A program made the translations under genes and the position numbers. The notes beneath the pieces were generated by a model. It worked only from the letters and a program-made list of their open reading frames with translations. It was not told the DNA's origin and searched no databases. From assembly GCA_030066785.1 (NCBI GenBank), contig JASJAZ010000071.1:4571-68570 (forward strand): a stretch of DNA of 64,000 bases. The letters are read 5' to 3'. Source of the DNA: Desulfobacterales bacterium (GTDB lineage Bacteria; Desulfobacterota; Desulfobacteria; Desulfobacterales; JASJAZ01). How positions within the stretch are numbered: the first letter of the stretch is position 1; the number at the start of each line of letters is the position of its first letter. Positions 60,259 to 64,000 of this stretch are shown here, piece by piece.

Positions 60259-60370
60259 AGGCGCTATGCCCTTCCCGCTGTAGACAACCAGCCTTAAGAT
60301 TAGTTTTTAATTTTTTAGTGCAAAAGATCCGTAATACTAAAATTATATAGTTGAAGTTGGTAACCATAAA

Positions 60371-62065
60371 ATGAAAGCACTGATTCTGGCAGCCGGTTTG
60401 GGAACTCGATTACATCCCTTTACCGAACATACTCCCAAACCACTTTTCCCAGTTGCCAAACAACCCTTACTAGAAATCATCATTGATCAATTAATAAACG
60501 CCGGCTGCCGTGCCATCATAATCAATACCCATCACCTTCATGCCGATATTGATGCATTTATTACCAACAAAGATTATGGCCTTCCGGTGTTAACCCGCCA
60601 TGAACCCATCATACTGGGAACCGGCGGCGCCATTAAAAACATTGCTGATTTTTGGTCAACTGAGCCGTTGATGGTAATTAATGGAGATGTTCTCTGCGAT
60701 ATCGATCTTGGCAAGGTTTTCGAAATGCATCGTTCACAAGCATGTGCCGCTACCTTGGTCCTTACTGACAATCCACTGTTTAACAGCGTAGCAGTATCCG
60801 ATGACGGTATGATTCTTGACTTTGCCGATACGAATGTCAAAACGCAACCAAACCAGCAAAAACGTTTGACGTTCACCGGTATCCAGGTAATTGAACCGGT
60901 ATTTTTATCGTTTACACCAGAAAATGCCCGTTTTAGTAGTATCGATGTCTACCGCCAAATGATCGCAAACGGTCAAGAAATTAGGTCACATATTATTGCG
61001 ACCGAACTCTGGCAGGATTTGGGGTCCCCCGATCGATATCAAGAGGCTGTTTTTAACAATTCGGCTCCACAAGCATTCAAATTAGCATACGGCGGTAGTG
61101 GTGTCGGACCGATTCAATCAACGGACCTGGCCGGCGACGGATCAGATCGCCGCTGGTATCGCCTCACCGATGGAACCCATTCCTTGATCATGGCTGATCA
61201 CGGTATCCGTCCTGCTTTAACAACCTGCGAAGTTGATGCATTTGTATCCATTGGCATCCATCTAAAAAACAAAGGCCTGCCGGTACCCAATATCTACTAT
61301 GCCGATACTTTCTCCGGTCTGGTTTTTTTGCAGGATCTTGGAAACACACATCTGCAAACACTCATACATGCTGAATCATCTTTGGATAACGTGGCTGATC
61401 ATTACCGGTCCGTGATCGATCTGCTCATCCAGCTTTCAATCGACGGCGCGCAAGATTTCGATACCACCTGGACGTATCAAACACCCGCTTATGATCATAA
61501 CCTTATTTTGCAGAATGAATGCCGTTACTTTGTTGACGCTTTCATAAACGGCTATCTTGGCCACAAGACGGCGTTTCAAGAGTATGCGGAGGAATTTAGC
61601 CGTCTTGCCGATCAAACGTTAAACGCATCAATTAACGGATTTATGCACCGCGATTTTCAGTCACGCAATATCATGGTGCACAACGATAAATATTACGCTA
61701 TTGATTTTCAGGGAGCACGTATAGGCCCGCTGCAATATGACCTGGCTTCGTTGCTGATCGATCCCTATGTCAAATTACCACCTGCGCTTCAAGAAGAGCT
61801 AGTCGATGAGTGTTTTAAGCGCTTGTCCAAAAAAGTTAGCATTGACCCCGCGCAGTTCTACCGTGGATACAGCTGCTGTAAAATTACCCGCAATTTACAG
61901 ATTCTGGGGGCTTTTGGATATCTGACCCGCGAAAAAGGCAAGACATACTTTGAAAAATATATTCCATCGGCCTTACAAACACTCCACAATGCTTTATCAG
62001 ATAAAACGAGCCCTGACTTTCCGAATTTGAAAAAGGTGGTTGAAGAGATAATGCAGCGTCGTTAG
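60371..62065 (+). CDS. Fusion of a MurU-like nucleotidyltransferase and an AmgK-like (APH-fold) sugar kinase
   Basis: N-terminus MKALILAAGLGTRL...PKPL, INTHHL, GTGGAI, INGD, TFTGIQ, WQDLGS. C-terminus LAGDGSDRRWYR, QDLG, HRDFQSRNIM, IDFQGAR.GP..YDLASLL.D, RNLQILGAF. Confidence 0.85.
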   Translation: MKALILAAGLGTRLHPFTEHTPKPLFPVAKQPLLEIIIDQLINAGCRAIIINTHHLHADIDAFITNKDYGLPVLTRHEPIILGTGGAIKNIADFWSTEPLMVINGDVLCDIDLGKVFEMHRSQACAATLVLTDNPLFNSVAVSDDGMILDFADTNVKTQPNQQKRLTFTGIQVIEPVFLSFTPENARFSSIDVYRQMIANGQEIRSHIIATELWQDLGSPDRYQEAVFNNSAPQAFKLAYGGSGVGPIQSTDLAGDGSDRRWYRLTDGTHSLIMADHGIRPALTTCEVDAFVSIGIHLKNKGLPVPNIYYADTFSGLVFLQDLGNTHLQTLIHAESSLDNVADHYRSVIDLLIQLSIDGAQDFDTTWTYQTPAYDHNLILQNECRYFVDAFINGYLGHKTAFQEYAEEFSRLADQTLNASINGFMHRDFQSRNIMVHNDKYYAIDFQGARIGPLQYDLASLLIDPYVKLPPALQEELVDECFKRLSKKVSIDPAQFYRGYSCCKITRNLQILGAFGYLTREKGKTYFEKYIPSALQTLHNALSDKTSPDFPNLKKVVEEIMQRR

Positions 62066-62161
62066 CGGAAGTATCAATCCGTTCCGTACCTATTGACAGC
62101 CGCATTAAAAATGATATTTTTCGGATAGTGATTTTTTAGCTAAAGACCTCTTTACAAAATC

Positions 62162-63382
62162 TCAAATACCAAAAGCAGCCTTAATAGCTTCAATTGCCCG
62201 CTGGCTGTCCGTCTGGGGTATAATATAGGAAATCTTGGTTTCTGATGTTGTGACTGTCTTTAGCGCAATGCCTTGATTGGCCATCACTTCAAATACTTGG
62301 GCCGCGACGCCTGACTGAACTTCCATACCCGGTCCCTCTACAGTTATCTTTGTAATATCGGTAAGTACATCGATCTGAAGTTGTGGCAACGAGTCTTGAA
62401 GATCCTTTAGGAGTACCATCGTCTTCTCTACGTCCTTACGCGGCATCGTAAATGAAATGTTAACCTTATCGTGCACCGACGCGGTTTGACTGATCATATC
62501 CAAATTGATCTTTTGCTCTCCCATCTTCTTGAATACTTCCGTAATCTTAACTGGGTCGTATGGAATGTCGTACAACGACACCAAGGCCTCTTCATCGCTT
62601 GTATACATATGCGTTACCGTACTTTGTTCAACGATCATGTCCTTCATGGTATAATATCCGGGAGGTTTGCCAACAATAAATCGTGCTGCTTGCAGCGCAC
62701 CAACTGAAAAAACCTGTTTGGAATAAGCGCTATGTCGGACTTCTAGTACTTCATCTTTTCCTGCAAACAGCGCCTGGTGTTCACCAACGATGGATCCTGC
62801 CCTGACAGCATGAATCCCAATATCTTTGACTTTACGCTGATCGGTGCGGGTATGCCTGCCAAACACATAATTTTTGGAGTTCATAAACACTTGATTGATA
62901 GCATCTGCAAGCGCGTAAGCAGTTCCAGAAGGAGCATCCTTTTTTAAATTATGATGTTTTTCAATAATCTCGATATCAAAACGATCTCCTAAGACAGCCG
63001 CCGCTTTCTGAATAAGCTCTGACATCAAATTAATTCCCAGGGACATATTAGCAGCTTGAAAAACCGGTAGGGACTCAGAATGTTTCCTAATAAGTGCCTT
63101 ATCATCAGCCGTATGGCCTGTAGTAGCTATAACGAGGGGGCTTTTCTTTTTTAATGCACCATCAAGAAGACCTGTTAGTGATTCAGGTAACGAAAAATCA
63201 ATGATAACATCGGCAGCCTTATCACAATCATCGAGTGCCTGATAAACGGGAAAGGAAAATTCCGCCGCTTGTGCTACAGGGTCAACACCGGCTACGATTT
63301 CAATGTCAGTGCTGACTTGAGCCATGTCAGCCAGCACTCGGCCCATTGTGCCGCCACATCCGTTGATAATCATTCTTACCAT
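62162..63382 (-). CDS. dapB: 4-hydroxy-tetrahydrodipicolinate reductase fused to two C-terminal ACT domains
   Basis: GCGGTMG, DFS, ATTG, AANMSLG, EKHHNLKKDAPSGTA, IVGEH; then ~150 aa resembling the aspartokinase ACT pair (INLDMISQ, ISFT, VEGPGMEVQSGVAAQVF, TTSETKIS). Confidence 0.9.
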   Translation of the reverse strand: MVRMIINGCGGTMGRVLADMAQVSTDIEIVAGVDPVAQAAEFSFPVYQALDDCDKAADVIIDFSLPESLTGLLDGALKKKSPLVIATTGHTADDKALIRKHSESLPVFQAANMSLGINLMSELIQKAAAVLGDRFDIEIIEKHHNLKKDAPSGTAYALADAINQVFMNSKNYVFGRHTRTDQRKVKDIGIHAVRAGSIVGEHQALFAGKDEVLEVRHSAYSKQVFSVGALQAARFIVGKPPGYYTMKDMIVEQSTVTHMYTSDEEALVSLYDIPYDPVKITEVFKKMGEQKINLDMISQTASVHDKVNISFTMPRKDVEKTMVLLKDLQDSLPQLQIDVLTDITKITVEGPGMEVQSGVAAQVFEVMANQGIALKTVTTSETKISYIIPQTDSQRAIEAIKAAFGI

Positions 63383-63656
63383 TGTTCCCCTCCTTATAGT
63401 TACTGGTTTGGTACCTTCCTTAGGTAGGTGCAAGTATGCAAAGAGACAGGTAGTATGTCAACTAACAATCGTTATCTTAATTCTAGAATTAGGATCAGAC
63501 GATTATCAGCGAGTTCTTCAAGGTCTCAGATTTTTGAATTTACAAAATGTCTTTCCAATATGTATGTTAACTAAGGTGCGCCAATATATAGAGCGGTAGA
63601 GTGTAGACTTGTAGGAGGATTTTGTAAAATAAGATGAAAAGAGAGCTAAAATACGT

Positions 63657-64000
63657 TTAAAATGAATGAAAATCAAACACCGATTCTCTTTTTTGGACGA
63701 TCATACGATCAAGATTTTTAAGAATGTGATCTTTTACGTTTTCTAAATGCCCGGACAGCATCTGCTGTAATTCCGGAAGGCTTCTGGAAATTAAACTGTC
63801 AAATATTTTTTTATGTTCCTGATATGATGTTTCCATAATGCTTGTAAAAACCAGGTTTCGACTGTATTTAAGAAATAAGAGATCAAATAGTTCTTCTAAT
63901 AATTTTAATTGGATGCGGCATTTTGAAAGTGATGCAAGTGTGTAATGAAATTTCATATCCGTTATCAGGCGCCCATAATAGTCTGATTCCTTAACCTTTT
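63657..64000 (-). CDS. GntR-family regulator, FCD domain (5' part outside window)
   Basis: Frame open to the window edge; DMKFHYTLASLS, QEHKKIFDSL and SGHL carry the FCD His pattern. Confidence 0.75.
   Translation of the reverse strand, partial: KVKESDYYGRLITDMKFHYTLASLSKCRIQLKLLEELFDLLFLKYSRNLVFTSIMETSYQEHKKIFDSLISRSLPELQQMLSGHLENVKDHILKNLDRMIVQKRESVFDFHSF

Noticed and set aside
1..64000. tRNA, rRNA, CRISPR array, prophage or intact transposase
   Set aside because: No T-loop/anticodon cloverleaf signature, regularly spaced repeats, phage genes or transposase ORFs were seen by eye. Short ncRNAs could have been missed without covariance searches.

Overview
A 64-kb bacterial chromosome segment whose gene content and synteny suggest Desulfobacterota (Desulfobacterales-like); this is inferred, not computed. 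The left part (~1-27 kb) is accessory/metabolic. It holds a thiolase, a HAD / hypothetical / CTP-riboflavin-kinase-fusion cluster, and an islet with a decayed IS200/IS605-type end and a split gene. It also holds two tandem dynamin-like GTPases followed by a NYN-LOTUS nuclease, and a divergent module of a sigma54 activator, a VIT-vWA surface protein with a variant GlyGly-CTERM tail, and a rhombosortase. The right part is mostly housekeeping (miaB, recJ, dnaE, guaB, sppA-rpsA-cmk-hisC, a Vor-type 2-oxoacid:ferredoxin oxidoreductase operon, plsB). Interspersed are a stand-alone class IIIb cyclase, a sigma54-promoter-driven membrane protein + vWA lipoprotein operon, a signal-less NamZ, a MurU-AmgK fusion and a DapB-ACT-ACT fusion. 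I saw no rRNA, tRNA, CRISPR array or intact transposase. The best candidate for an under-described system is the sigma54 / VIT-vWA / rhombosortase cassette (21.4-26.1 kb); next are the GTPase pair + NYN and DapB-ACT. All family calls come from motif recognition by eye; no database searches were run.
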